Positions 52,824 through 63,900 of a stretch of 64,000 nucleotides of DNA are shown here, in pieces. This DNA comes from a virus, in IMG/VR virus record IMGVR_UViG_3300032047_002388, positions 32,001 through 96,000 of that record. One strand, 5' to 3'. A program made the translations under genes and the position numbers. Position 1 is the stretch's first letter, and every line of letters starts with the position of its first letter. The notes under the pieces are model-generated. The model made no database searches. It was not told where the DNA came from and was given only the letters and a program-made list of their open reading frames with translations.

Positions 52824-53981
52824 ATGTTTAAAAAAATACCACAAGACCAAGTAGTTCGTAGAACATTTCAAGTTAACAAGGAAGTAAAGTTAACTCAAGA
52901 TGATGTTGATGTATATCAAGTACATGATGTTGCTGGTGCATATGATGTAGATACAGACCCGGTCGTTGGAGCGAGTGGAAGTTTTGTTGGATTCTCTAAA
53001 CGAGCAATTTACAATTCAACAAAAGCTAGATATTATAATCTATCTGCTTCATTATTTGAACACGCAGGAGGATTTACAAGTAAACAAGTATATGTAACTG
53101 AGGCACCAACAACAATGAGTGTTCTTTCCTTTTCACAATGTGTAAGGGGTGAGGCAATATTACCTGGTTCATTTGAGTTAGTAGATAGTGGTAGTGGATT
53201 AACTATCGTTGATAACGAAGATAGTAGTACAATAACAAATACTTCACCAGAATACAATTACACATCGTTTGATTTTTCAACTGGTATTATGATATTAGAT
53301 GATGATGACAATACAGAAATATTAATTGAATCTATTGATTTTAACACTGGCGAGGTTGAGGTATCTTATGATGGTGTAAGTGAATCACCAAATCCAACAT
53401 TGGTAACGTTAAATCAAGGTTCTAATAAAATCTCATTTTCTACACCATTAACAATATTAGACCAAGTAGATGGTGCAACAGAAACCTATGGACAGTTATT
53501 CCAACAAAGTGGTGATTTAATTCTTGATACTGGTACTAATCCAGATATGTTACAAGAATTCGAATTAAAATTTAAATCAACAACAACAATATCAGAACTA
53601 GAAGTATTAGTTAGTATAGATGCTGGAGAGTTTACAACATCAACAAACCCAACAGCAGTAGATTATTTTAACATAACAACTCAATCTTTTGAACATACAC
53701 AAACAGATGAAAGAGGTAATCCTTATGTTGAAAATATAAAAAACTTTACTCCTAGAAAAAAATCCTATATTTATAGTAGCTATGGAAATGCAACAGGTAG
53801 TTTTGATGACTACAATGCAAGTAGTTCATATGACCCAACCGGTTCGTATTTAACAACTTATGTTACATCCATAGGGTTATATAATGATGATTCGGAGTTA
53901 TTGGCAATTGCAAAAGTTGCAAGACCTGTAAAAATACTTCCTGATTATCCAATTAATTTTTTAATAAAACTGGACACATAA
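52824..53981 (+). CDS. virion structural protein, paralog of 51553-52746
   Basis: EFTTSTNPT, VTSIGLYNDDSELLAIAKVARPVK...IKLD. Confidence 0.7.
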   Translation: MFKKIPQDQVVRRTFQVNKEVKLTQDDVDVYQVHDVAGAYDVDTDPVVGASGSFVGFSKRAIYNSTKARYYNLSASLFEHAGGFTSKQVYVTEAPTTMSVLSFSQCVRGEAILPGSFELVDSGSGLTIVDNEDSSTITNTSPEYNYTSFDFSTGIMILDDDDNTEILIESIDFNTGEVEVSYDGVSESPNPTLVTLNQGSNKISFSTPLTILDQVDGATETYGQLFQQSGDLILDTGTNPDMLQEFELKFKSTTTISELEVLVSIDAGEFTTSTNPTAVDYFNITTQSFEHTQTDERGNPYVENIKNFTPRKKSYIYSSYGNATGSFDDYNASSSYDPTGSYLTTYVTSIGLYNDDSELLAIAKVARPVKILPDYPINFLIKLDT

Positions 53982-53983
53982 TT

Positions 53984-54157
53984 ATGGCTTATCAAATTTT
54001 AGACAAAGACCAAAACGTATTAGAAACTGTTGAAAATATCGAGGAGTGGATTACTTCACAAGGTGAAGGACAAATCTATGCTTATGATGATGGAATTTTT
54101 GACGCAGAGTACATCTCAGGTAACGCAGACGCAAAAGTATTTAAACTCGTAGAATAA
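53984..54157 (+). CDS. 57-aa acidic hypothetical protein
   Basis: MAYQILDKDQNVLETVENIEEW..., read manually. Confidence 0.55.
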   Translation: MAYQILDKDQNVLETVENIEEWITSQGEGQIYAYDDGIFDAEYISGNADAKVFKLVE

Positions 54158-54159
54158 TC

Positions 54160-54342
54160 ATGGCATCAATAGAAGATTTATATAAAGGCTCAGATTACTC
54201 AAAATATCCACTAGGTAAAGATAAGGATAAAACTCCTATCGAACTTGATGGTGGTAAAGAATTGAGAAAAGAGTCAAACCTAGAAAGAGCTAGAGGCGGT
54301 AAAGTAAACCTCAGCAAATACTCCGATTCAGTAAAAAGATAA
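54160..54342 (+). CDS. 60-aa hypothetical protein
   Basis: Tightly packed ORF. Confidence 0.55.
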   Translation: MASIEDLYKGSDYSKYPLGKDKDKTPIELDGGKELRKESNLERARGGKVNLSKYSDSVKR

Positions 54343-54345
54343 TAC

Positions 54346-54909
54346 TTGGCACTTTTATCATCGGATAAATGGTTATACGTTCATGTACCCAAAACAGGAG
54401 GTACATCGTTGTCTCACATTTTACAAAAGTATAAATGTGATTTTCTTTCAACACATGGACGTTTAAACTCTCAAAGGAACTTGGGGAACAAATTTGTATT
54501 TGGATTCGTTAGAAACCCATTTACACGATTTGCATCATTGTTTTATTCACATATTCGTGAACATGGAAAGATTCCTATTGAGCAATTTATAGAAAACCAT
54601 CAAGAATGGGATTACTTTTTTGATACTCAAACTGATTGGTTGGAATATAATGGAAAGTTAGATAGAATAGATTATGTTGGAAAGTATGAAAATCTTGATT
54701 CAAGTTTAAAATATATTTTTGACAAGATTGATATAGAACCAACAACTCTACCATATCTAAATCAGAATACTATAAAAGATACATTTCCAAATATGGATAT
54801 GTATGATTATTACAAAAAAAGATGTTACACAAATCCTAAAGTTGTACAATTCGTAAGAAATAAATACAGAAAGGATTTCCAAAATTTTGACTATGGCATG
54901 GCACTATAA
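54346..54909 (+). CDS. sulfotransferase family 2 protein
   Basis: YVHVPKTGGTS, FVRNPFTRFAS, GKYENL, Y.KDF..FDY; TTG start. Confidence 0.85.
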   Translation: MALLSSDKWLYVHVPKTGGTSLSHILQKYKCDFLSTHGRLNSQRNLGNKFVFGFVRNPFTRFASLFYSHIREHGKIPIEQFIENHQEWDYFFDTQTDWLEYNGKLDRIDYVGKYENLDSSLKYIFDKIDIEPTTLPYLNQNTIKDTFPNMDMYDYYKKRCYTNPKVVQFVRNKYRKDFQNFDYGMAL

Positions 54910-55288
54910 TGGTAAACCAGTAAATGAACTTTCAGATATGCCAGATGGTACTATCGGATTCATATACAAAATTACAAACAAAGAAACTGGCCAATTCTAT
55001 ATTGGTAAAAAATCTTTATATTCACATAGAACACTACCACCATTAAAAGGATATAAAAGAAAAAGAAAAGTTATAAAAGAATCTAAATGGGTTGATTACA
55101 ACTCTTCTAATAAAGAAGTACAAGGGTGGTTAGAGACACACAAACAAATTCTAAAATACTGTACTACTAAAAAATCACTAACATATTACGAACTAAAAGA
55201 ACAATTTAGACATGATTGTTTAGAAAGAGAAGAATCATTAAATGATAATCTACTAGGTAAGTTTTTTAGAAAGGATTTAGAATTTTAG
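54893..55288 (+). CDS. GIY-YIG-like nuclease-domain protein
   Basis: GFIYKITN...FYIGKK, ES.W..Y.SS, YYE, N.N. Confidence 0.7.
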   Translation: MAWHYNGKPVNELSDMPDGTIGFIYKITNKETGQFYIGKKSLYSHRTLPPLKGYKRKRKVIKESKWVDYNSSNKEVQGWLETHKQILKYCTTKKSLTYYELKEQFRHDCLEREESLNDNLLGKFFRKDLEF

Positions 55289-55309
55289 CAAAAAAAATTA
55301 AAAATGCCA

Positions 55310-55339
55310 TTGAGCTTTCAAATATTTTTATTATATTAG
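55310..55339 (+). promoter_or_regulatory. putative early promoter TTG-N19-TATATTAG (copy 6)
   Basis: AAAATGCCATTGAGCTTT...TATATTAGCT upstream of primase. Confidence 0.7.
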
Positions 55340-55359
55340 CTCTGTAAATTGTACAAATA

Positions 55360-56304
55360 ATGCTATCACAACGAGATAAGTCGGTTATAATTAACATATT
55401 GGATGATATATTAGGAGTAGGTACTTCTATGAAGGGTGATGAACAAGCACATCATTGTCCATTCTGTCATCATCATAAAAAGAAATTACAAATAAACTTA
55501 AATACACAACAATGGCATTGTTGGGTTTGTGATGCAAAAGGTAAAAAGATTCAAACTCTCTTAAAACGATTGCATGTTGATTCTAAGAGAATTAGAAAAG
55601 TTTACGAAATATATGGTGATGATTATATTATTTCATCAACATCTACCAAAGAAGAAAAGGTAGAACTAAGGTTACCCTCAGAGTTTAAATCTCTACTAGA
55701 AAAACCAAAAGGATTATTCAATCCTACATACAAAAAGGCTATTCAGTATGCAAAGGAGAGAGGTATTACTAAGGAAGATATTATTCGTTATAATATTGGT
55801 TATTGTGATAGTGGTATTTACACCAATCGTATTATTATTCCGAGTTATGATGGAGATAGTAGACTCAATTACTTCATCGCAAGGTCTGTATTCTCTGAGG
55901 AAAAGTTTAAATACAAAAATCCGCCAGTATCGAAGAATGTTACCATATTCGAAAATCAAATCAACTGGCAAGAACCTATTACACTTTGTGAAGGAGTTTT
56001 TGATGCAATAGCAATCAAAAGAAATGCTATTCCTTTATTAGGTAAATTTATACCAAAAACCCTAATGGATAGTATATATAAAAAGGGGATAAAAGAAATA
56101 AAAATTCTATTAGATAAAGATGCACAAAACCAAGCACTTTATTATGTAAATTATTTTATGAACAATGGAATTACAGTTACAAATGTACTACCTACCGAAA
56201 AAGATGCAGGAGAAATGGGATTCTCTGACGTTAATAAAATACTAAAAGATACTAAAAAAACCATGTTTGAAGATGTGGTGTTACAGAAACTAAAAGGTTT
56301 ATGA
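55360..56304 (+). CDS. DNA primase (zinc finger + TOPRIM)
   Basis: CPFC..HCWVC, RIIIP, KYKNP, CEGVFDA, LDKDA. Confidence 0.9.
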   Translation: MLSQRDKSVIINILDDILGVGTSMKGDEQAHHCPFCHHHKKKLQINLNTQQWHCWVCDAKGKKIQTLLKRLHVDSKRIRKVYEIYGDDYIISSTSTKEEKVELRLPSEFKSLLEKPKGLFNPTYKKAIQYAKERGITKEDIIRYNIGYCDSGIYTNRIIIPSYDGDSRLNYFIARSVFSEEKFKYKNPPVSKNVTIFENQINWQEPITLCEGVFDAIAIKRNAIPLLGKFIPKTLMDSIYKKGIKEIKILLDKDAQNQALYYVNYFMNNGITVTNVLPTEKDAGEMGFSDVNKILKDTKKTMFEDVVLQKLKGL

Positions 56305-57554
56305 TATACATTATAGATAAACCATACAATCAAGGGTTGTATGTACAATGGGTAGATATGTTAAAAGCAACTAATTTACCCTACGAATCAATTGTGATTG
56401 ATAATTTAGAAATAGATATGAACTTTGATGAATATCTTTCAAAACAAAAACAAATTGATTATATCAACTCTAAGTGTAAACCAGAGGATACACTAATAAT
56501 AGATTCATCATTTACAAGAAAAGCTAATGGTGAACACTTACCATATCCTCAGTTGTATGAGTTTTCAAAAAAGTTAAATTCTGAAAATATTATTGTAATG
56601 CATCCCGATACTGGTTACAGTGCTAATGATGCATATAGTAAAAACAAATTAAAAATAATATCTCCAACATACTCTTTAAAAAATTGGAGTGATGATACAA
56701 TAAAAGATTCTTACAATTTTTATTTGTTCAATGGTGGTTATCAAGATATACGATGGTTATCTAAAATGGTTTTCCATAGATATGAACAAATGTTAAGAGC
56801 AAAGAAGTTTTTATCACATAATGGAGTATATAAAATACAGAGGACTCTAATTCAAAAAACATTAGAAGATAATGATTTAATGAAAGATTCTTTCTTCTCA
56901 TATAATGCATACAATATCTTCGATGAAAATTGTAATCATAACAAAGATTGGGAAATTGATTATAAAAACTTTACACAAATACTTTTTAATAGAGATGTGA
57001 ATCCATCACTTAGATTAGATGAGTTCATCGAACAAGATATAAAACCATATTATACTAACGAAGAACATGAAGCTCTCTTAAAACAACTGCCAGTGGTTTT
57101 AGATTATATTCCTAATTTATCCAATGTAGACCAATATGCATTTACACTACCATACACTTCTAATTCGTATGTAGAAATAATTGGATGTACTAGTTTGAGT
57201 GGTGATGGAGATGAGATATATACATCTGAAAAAATATTTAAACCATTTATGGCTTTCTTAATACCAATCTTTATAGGTCAAAAAGGATTGATTGAAGTAT
57301 TACAAAAACTTGGATTCAAATTAGATTTCGATGGGTTGATAGATTTAAGTTATGATAAAATAGATTGTCATCTTACACGAACAAAGATGGCATTAGAAAA
57401 CGTAAAAGAAATAGGAAAACTTTCCATAAAACAATTACACAGCAGATATTGGAGATGTAGAGAAGATTTACAACACAATCAAGAATTAATGAAATCTTTA
57501 TCTCATAGACAAGTAAGTGCTTTCAGAGAAATAATAAACAAACAAGTTATATGA
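56301..57554 (+). CDS. GT-B/GT10-like protein related to the C-terminal domain of 27512-29638
   Basis: KKFLSHNG...R, LPVVLD, SYVEII, TSEKIFKPF...PIF.G....L..LGF...SYD. Confidence 0.55.
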   Translation: MIYIIDKPYNQGLYVQWVDMLKATNLPYESIVIDNLEIDMNFDEYLSKQKQIDYINSKCKPEDTLIIDSSFTRKANGEHLPYPQLYEFSKKLNSENIIVMHPDTGYSANDAYSKNKLKIISPTYSLKNWSDDTIKDSYNFYLFNGGYQDIRWLSKMVFHRYEQMLRAKKFLSHNGVYKIQRTLIQKTLEDNDLMKDSFFSYNAYNIFDENCNHNKDWEIDYKNFTQILFNRDVNPSLRLDEFIEQDIKPYYTNEEHEALLKQLPVVLDYIPNLSNVDQYAFTLPYTSNSYVEIIGCTSLSGDGDEIYTSEKIFKPFMAFLIPIFIGQKGLIEVLQKLGFKLDFDGLIDLSYDKIDCHLTRTKMALENVKEIGKLSIKQLHSRYWRCREDLQHNQELMKSLSHRQVSAFREIINKQVI

Positions 57555-60500
57555 TAATTAATAAAGTTTATCATTTGGCAGATTTACATATCAGAAATCT
57601 CCAAAGACACAAAGAATATAAAATCATATTCAAGAATTTTTTAAAACAAGTTAAAGAAGATAATATAGAGGATTCTCTCATCTATATTGCGGGTGATATT
57701 GCTCATGCCAAAACAGAGATGTCACCTGAACTTGTACATGAAATAAGTTGGTTCTTATCAGAATGTGCAAAGTTAAGAGAGGTAGTATTAATCACAGGTA
57801 ACCATGATTGTAACCTAAATAATTCCCATAGACTCGATGTACTCACACCTATTATCGAAAACCTTCGAAATAATCGAATTCATTATCTTCGTGATACTGG
57901 TGTCTATAATATCCATAATCTTACTTTCTGCGTTTATTCTATATTGGATAACAAGGAAAATTGGCCTAAAGGAGATACCATTGATGGAGAAAATAAAATC
58001 GTTTTATTTCATGGACCAGTAAACAAAGCCCAAACTGATATCGGCTATACCGTATCATCAAACTCATTTCATGTAGATATGTTTGATGGATTCGATATGG
58101 CCATGTTGGGTGATATTCATAAGAGACAAACGTTTGGTGAAGGATATGAGCACGTTGCATATGCTGGTTCTATGGTTCAACAAAATCATGGTGAGTTACT
58201 AGAGAATCATGGATACTTACTTTGGGATATTCCAACACGAACATTTACAGAACATCACATTCATAATGATTATGGGTTCTTAACTGTTGATGTAGTTGAT
58301 GGTAAGATACCACAATGGGTTTATGATGAGATTGGTACAAAACTTCCAAAACACCCAAGATTACGTTTACGTTTCACTAAAACAGAAGCTAGTGATATGA
58401 AACGTTGTATTACTGAATTAAAGAAATTATTCAAGGTACAAGAGGTTACAGTAACAAGAACTGATACAATAGGACAATTAAAAACAAACACTAAGATAAA
58501 TAAAAATATTGTTGGTAATGTTAGAGAAGAGACCTTTCAGAATCAGTTAATCAGAGATTACCTACAAAGACAATATTTACTAGAACCAGAAGAACTAGAT
58601 AAGATACAAGAAATAAATACAGAACTAAATTCTCAGTTCTCAAATCACGAATTTGCTGAAAACATTTTATGGACACCAAAGGATTTTCAGTTTTCTAATA
58701 TGTTCTCATATGGTGAAAATAACCTAGTTAGATTCGATAGAGGACAAGGAATCATCGGAATCTTTGCACCAAACGCAAGTGGTAAATCATCGTTATTTGA
58801 TGCACTCTGTTTCTGTATTTACGATAAAACATCTCGTACTGCCTCATCAAAAAACATCCTAAACAATCGTAAGGATAAGTTCTATTGTAAGTTTAATTTT
58901 GAAATAGATGGTGTAAACTTCTATATTGAGAGAACTGCTAAATGGACACGAAGAGGTACTAATTTAAAAGTTGATGTAAACTTTTGGAAAGAAGATGCGG
59001 GTATAATCGAATCTCTTAATGGTGAACAACGTAGAGAAACTAATAAGAATATTGAGAAGTATTTAGGTAAATTCGAGGACTTTGTACTAACAACACTTTC
59101 ACTACAAGGTAACAACGCATTGTTCATTGATAAATCACAATCGGAAAGAAAAGAAACTCTTTCTCAATTTATTGGTGTAGATATCTTCGATAAACTATAT
59201 CAACTAGCAAGTGATGAAAACAGAGATAATGCAACACTTATCAGAAAATTTAAGAGTGATGATTTCACTCAAAAACTTGCCGACATCGATACTCGATTAA
59301 AAGAAAACAAAAACGATTATAAACTTTTAGAGTTAAATCAAAAGGCATTAAACGAGGAGGATGAACTACTGAATAAACGACTTTTATCACTAAATGAGAA
59401 GATTGTTAAACTAAATTCTGATAGTGGTGTATCGATTGAAGAATTAGAAAAAAGATTAAATAATTTAAAAAATAAAAAAGAATCTGTTGAAAAACAGAAA
59501 ACATCTCTACAAGAACGATTAGACCATAGAGAAAAATTACACATAGATTTAGATGAAATTCTTGATAAATTTGATGAAGAAGATTTAGAAGAAGGAATCA
59601 CAAAATTAAAAAGATTACAAACAGATTTAACGCATGTTGATACAGAAATAGAAAAAGTTAACATTAAACTAGAATCTTTGTATGAAAGAAAACAACACCT
59701 AGATTCACATAAATACAATGAAGAATGTGATATTTGTATGGAAAATTCTAAATCTATTTTAGAAACAAAATCAGAGGTAGAAACAAAAATAAAAGATGGT
59801 GAAGGTTATTTACAAGATTTTGAAAAACAAAAGTTAGATTTGAATATCGAAATCGATTCTTTAAAAAGTTACGAAAAAGAGTGGGAAAACTTAAAAGAGG
59901 CAAAAGAAAAAGAAGATAAGATTGATAGAGAAATAAGTACACTTATTAACAAGTTATCAACAACAGAAACCGAAGAATACAAGCTTCAATCACAAATCTC
60001 CCAGCAAGAGTATCTTGTACAAGAGTACTACAAACACGAAAAACAGATACAAAAGAACAAAGAAATACGAAATGATATATCTGGTGTTAGAGAAAAAATT
60101 ACAATTGTAAAAGATGAACTTAAAGGATACAATACAGATATTCTAAAATTAAATGGTAAAATATCTGCACTTCAAAATCAAAAAGAAACAATCGAAGATA
60201 GGATAAATGAGGTTAAAAACCTTGAATCTCAAAGTAAGTTGTATGATTACTATTTAAATGCATTAAGTAGAGATGGTGTATCATATGAGTTGATTGAAAA
60301 GGCTTTACCTATGTTAGAAGGTGAAGTAAACAATATCTTAGGACAGATTGTAGATTTCGGAATGCAACTAGAAATCGATGGTAAGAACATTAATGCATAT
60401 CTTGTGTATGGTGACCAAAGATGGAGTTTGGAAATGTGTAGTGGTATGGAAAGGTTTATTAGTGGTTTGGCAATCAGAGTTGCTCTAATCAACGTATGTA

Positions 60501-60709
60501 ACCTTCCAAGACCAAATTTCCTTGTTATAGATGAAGGATTTGGTACACTAGATAGTGAGAACCTACAATCCCTATTTATGTTATTTACATACCTCAAAAC
60601 TCAATTTGATTTCGTAATGGTAATCTCACACATTGACTCGATGAGAGACGTAGTTGATGATTTAGTAGAGATTAAGAAAGAAAAAGGGTTCTCAAACGTT
60701 AAGTATTAA
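57551..60709 (+). CDS. fused Mre11/SbcD nuclease - Rad50/SbcC ATPase (gp47-gp46-like)
   Basis: ADLH, AGD, GNHD, LGDIH, YAGS; APNASGKSS, Q-loop, CDIC hook, CSGMERF signature, VIDEGFG.LD, ISH. Confidence 0.93.
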   Translation: MIINKVYHLADLHIRNLQRHKEYKIIFKNFLKQVKEDNIEDSLIYIAGDIAHAKTEMSPELVHEISWFLSECAKLREVVLITGNHDCNLNNSHRLDVLTPIIENLRNNRIHYLRDTGVYNIHNLTFCVYSILDNKENWPKGDTIDGENKIVLFHGPVNKAQTDIGYTVSSNSFHVDMFDGFDMAMLGDIHKRQTFGEGYEHVAYAGSMVQQNHGELLENHGYLLWDIPTRTFTEHHIHNDYGFLTVDVVDGKIPQWVYDEIGTKLPKHPRLRLRFTKTEASDMKRCITELKKLFKVQEVTVTRTDTIGQLKTNTKINKNIVGNVREETFQNQLIRDYLQRQYLLEPEELDKIQEINTELNSQFSNHEFAENILWTPKDFQFSNMFSYGENNLVRFDRGQGIIGIFAPNASGKSSLFDALCFCIYDKTSRTASSKNILNNRKDKFYCKFNFEIDGVNFYIERTAKWTRRGTNLKVDVNFWKEDAGIIESLNGEQRRETNKNIEKYLGKFEDFVLTTLSLQGNNALFIDKSQSERKETLSQFIGVDIFDKLYQLASDENRDNATLIRKFKSDDFTQKLADIDTRLKENKNDYKLLELNQKALNEEDELLNKRLLSLNEKIVKLNSDSGVSIEELEKRLNNLKNKKESVEKQKTSLQERLDHREKLHIDLDEILDKFDEEDLEEGITKLKRLQTDLTHVDTEIEKVNIKLESLYERKQHLDSHKYNEECDICMENSKSILETKSEVETKIKDGEGYLQDFEKQKLDLNIEIDSLKSYEKEWENLKEAKEKEDKIDREISTLINKLSTTETEEYKLQSQISQQEYLVQEYYKHEKQIQKNKEIRNDISGVREKITIVKDELKGYNTDILKLNGKISALQNQKETIEDRINEVKNLESQSKLYDYYLNALSRDGVSYELIEKALPMLEGEVNNILGQIVDFGMQLEIDGKNINAYLVYGDQRWSLEMCSGMERFISGLAIRVALINVCNLPRPNFLVIDEGFGTLDSENLQSLFMLFTYLKTQFDFVMVISHIDSMRDVVDDLVEIKKEKGFSNVKY

Positions 60710-60863
60710 CTCGTAACACATTAGTGTTAGGTAGAGGTTTTTTAACCTTATCTTTGATTAGTTTTTCAACCAACCCACTTTTTGAGTATCCATGTTCCGC
60801 ACAATAATCATTCAACAATTTTAGTGTTTCTTTGGTAATTTGTATTGTAGAATATTTTCCCAT
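60699..60863 (-). CDS. small ribbon-helix-helix-like DNA-binding protein
   Basis: MGKYSTIQITKETLKLLNDYCAEHGYSKSGLVEKLI pattern; only convincing minus-strand gene. Confidence 0.65.
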   Translation of the reverse strand: MGKYSTIQITKETLKLLNDYCAEHGYSKSGLVEKLIKDKVKKPLPNTNVLRVNT

Positions 60864-60903
60864 AGGTTTCCATAGAATATATATACAATTTCTCAAAACC
60901 ACC

Positions 60904-60912
60904 ATATTTATT
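60904..60912 (+). promoter_or_regulatory. putative late promoter variant ATATTTATT
   Basis: 5 nt before ATG 60918. Confidence 0.5.
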
Positions 60913-60917
60913 GCTGT

Positions 60918-63900
60918 ATGGCTATAATCAAAAAATTTTCATCACTAGAGAATTTGAGTAGATATGGTGTATTTTTGAATGATACCAATCCAAACTCAGA
61001 TTACTTTAGAATTACAGAATTAGGAGAAAATCTTACTGGTGGTAAGAATGGTTTCCTTATAGAAGGTTCTGAATGTCTTAAAGAAACTACTGATATAAAA
61101 ATTGAAATATTGGATGTAAATGGTAATCCAGTATATTTCGAACCAGGTCAAGGTATTCCTCAATATTACGAAGGATTATCTAAAGTAGTAGGAATTTATG
61201 TTTACGAAGATACCCCAATCGGACTTGGTAAAATTACTATTCTCGGTGAATTAAAATCATATTTTGATAAAAACGATGCAGGAAATAAACTTGATATACC
61301 TGAGGAATGGAGGGGTGTATATAATGTTAAGTGGGAACGAACAATAAACATAAATAAAAATCTTGCAAACGAAACTAGAGTTCGTTTTTACAAAAGACCA
61401 AAGATTTCCATAGAAGAAATTTCCAAACCTATTTTTACAAAAACAATTCCAATTGCAATCCATTCTGGTAGTATTGAAGGACAAGCATTTACTCCACCAG
61501 AAGGTCAAGATTATAATTCTTATGCAGGTGGAGTATTATATAAATTGATTCATGATGGAGGGCCTTTGTTTAGTTCCTCTATGGATGAAACTCAATTATT
61601 TATTGAAGATTTAAATTTTAATCCAACTGTAAAAGAAGTATTAAGTGAAACAGAATTATTAGTTGATTCTGCATATACAAGTTCAGATGGAACAGTTAGT
61701 GGGTTTGGTCCAAAAGCATACAATACTTCATTTGAAAATAACGATGGAGTAGTTACAGTTGAATCGGCATTGACTGGTTCATTTGCAAAAATAAAACTTA
61801 CAAACTTAAAAACTTTTGTTGGAGATGTTGCAAGAGTAAAAGTATTTAGAAAATCAAGAAACGAAGCTGGTGATTTTACATTAGTACAAGAACAAAAATT
61901 AGAATCAACTGAGTTGTTAAAAGATATAACAACCCAAACAGATACAGAATTATCATATGGAATATTCAATGATTACAACTTAAGTAATTATTGGATTACA
62001 TCATCCAACTCACCAGTTACAGTTAATAACACACAACTTCTTAATTCTATAAAAGTAGATTATGTAGGAAGTGGTACACAATTAATTTATACATCAGAAT
62101 CAATTGAAGTTGGTAGTGATATAGAATATAACTTATCATTCAAAACTAAATTGAGTGGTTCTGCAAGTGATTCTAAACAAATAAACGCATATCTAAGTTC
62201 ATCTGAATTTACACAATCAATCGTAACAGTTAGTGGTTCTAATGATACACTTCAAAAATTTGATGTTAATAAAAATATTATATCAACAAATTCAGGTAGT
62301 GCAAGATTAGTATTTGAGGTAAATGGAGATGATTGGTACATATCAAATGTATCATTTAGAAATGCAGAAGAAACTGCGTTTTCACCTGATGAGTTTACAT
62401 TAGTACAACAAGTACCTAGAAAACTTGATTCTGAGTTTTTTGATTTTAAATTTGAGTTCTATGATATAAACAATAACTTTATACCAGTAGAAATCGGTAC
62501 ATCAAAAGAATTTAGTGGAGGTAATTTAACAACAACATCAAATGTTAGATTGTTAGAATTTGAAACTGATAGAACTGCATTTAGATTTTCAAGTGGTTCA
62601 TTAGGTAATCCACCATTTCAACAATCAAGATTTAGAGTAACATCAAATGGATTGACAGGTTCAATTACGTTTGCATCTGCTGCGTTTGATAAAAATGGTG
62701 TTTATATAGACCCATCATCTTATGGTGGAGATTATCCAGGTGGATTAACAAGTAACAACGTTTTAACGTTAGCATCTTTTAGTGGTTCTGATGATGGAGT
62801 TATCGTAGGTTCGATTACTTATACTGCATCAATTGAAGATAAAGAAGAAATAGAAACAATAACAAGATTTGAAGATGGTGAACCTGCATCGGCACTTATT
62901 GTAACATCAAATCAAAATCAGTTCTTTTACAAAGCAACTGATTTATCAGTAGAACCAAGTGGACAACAGATACAGATTCAAGCACAAAGAAAAAATCTTG
63001 CATCTGATACAACAACAATTACAGTAAATAGTGGAAGTGGTAAGCCTGGTCTTACACAAGGTTCAACTGTAAATGGTATAACTTCATTTACTTTAAATGC
63101 AAGTGATTATTCATTTGGGACAGGAAATACTACATATGAGTTCAGCGGTTCAGATGAATTCGGTTCACAATTTGTAGATAGAATATCAATAGCACCAGTC
63201 AAAAAATTCGATGGTGTTTCATTACAACTTACAAATAACAATCAAACTTTTAACGCAACTTCACAAAGTGCTGTATCTTCGTTAGAACAGAGTAGTGGTT
63301 CAGTAACATTTAGAATAGGTACAGAACTTATTCAATTCCAAAATGGATTATCATCAAATAATAGATTTGATATTGCAGGAATTACTGGTTCTGGTTGTGT
63401 ACCAACTAGTACAACTCCAAGTAAAAATGAATACTCACTTTCTTCATTTAATTCAGATAGTGGTTCGTTAACAATTAACATTGATTATAAAGATGGTAGT
63501 GGAGATATATCAGAATTTCAACAAATTGTAAATTACACAAAAGCGGTTGCAGGTGTTACAGGACAAGATGGACAAGATGGACAAGATGGTGAAGATGGAC
63601 AAGATGGAACTAACGGCCCACCTGGACCTGGTGTAACATATAGAGGATTGTGGAGTGTACTAACAGAATATGTTTCATCATCATTAAGAAGGGATGTTGT
63701 AGAGGGTACTGATGGAAGTTATTACTTGGCAAAATCATCACACACTGCAAGTAATCTAAATCAAAGACCAGTTGATGGTGGTTCATATACAACATATTGG
63801 GAATCATTTGGTGCAGAATTTAGTTCAGTAGCAACTGATATTTTATTTTCTCAAGATGTTTATGCAAACAGAACTGTAAACATAGGTTCGAGTGGTTCTG

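Noticed and set aside
54893-55288. Mobile homing endonuclease or intron
   Set aside because: Short stand-alone GIY-YIG-like domain without DNA-binding extension, and no interrupted gene around it
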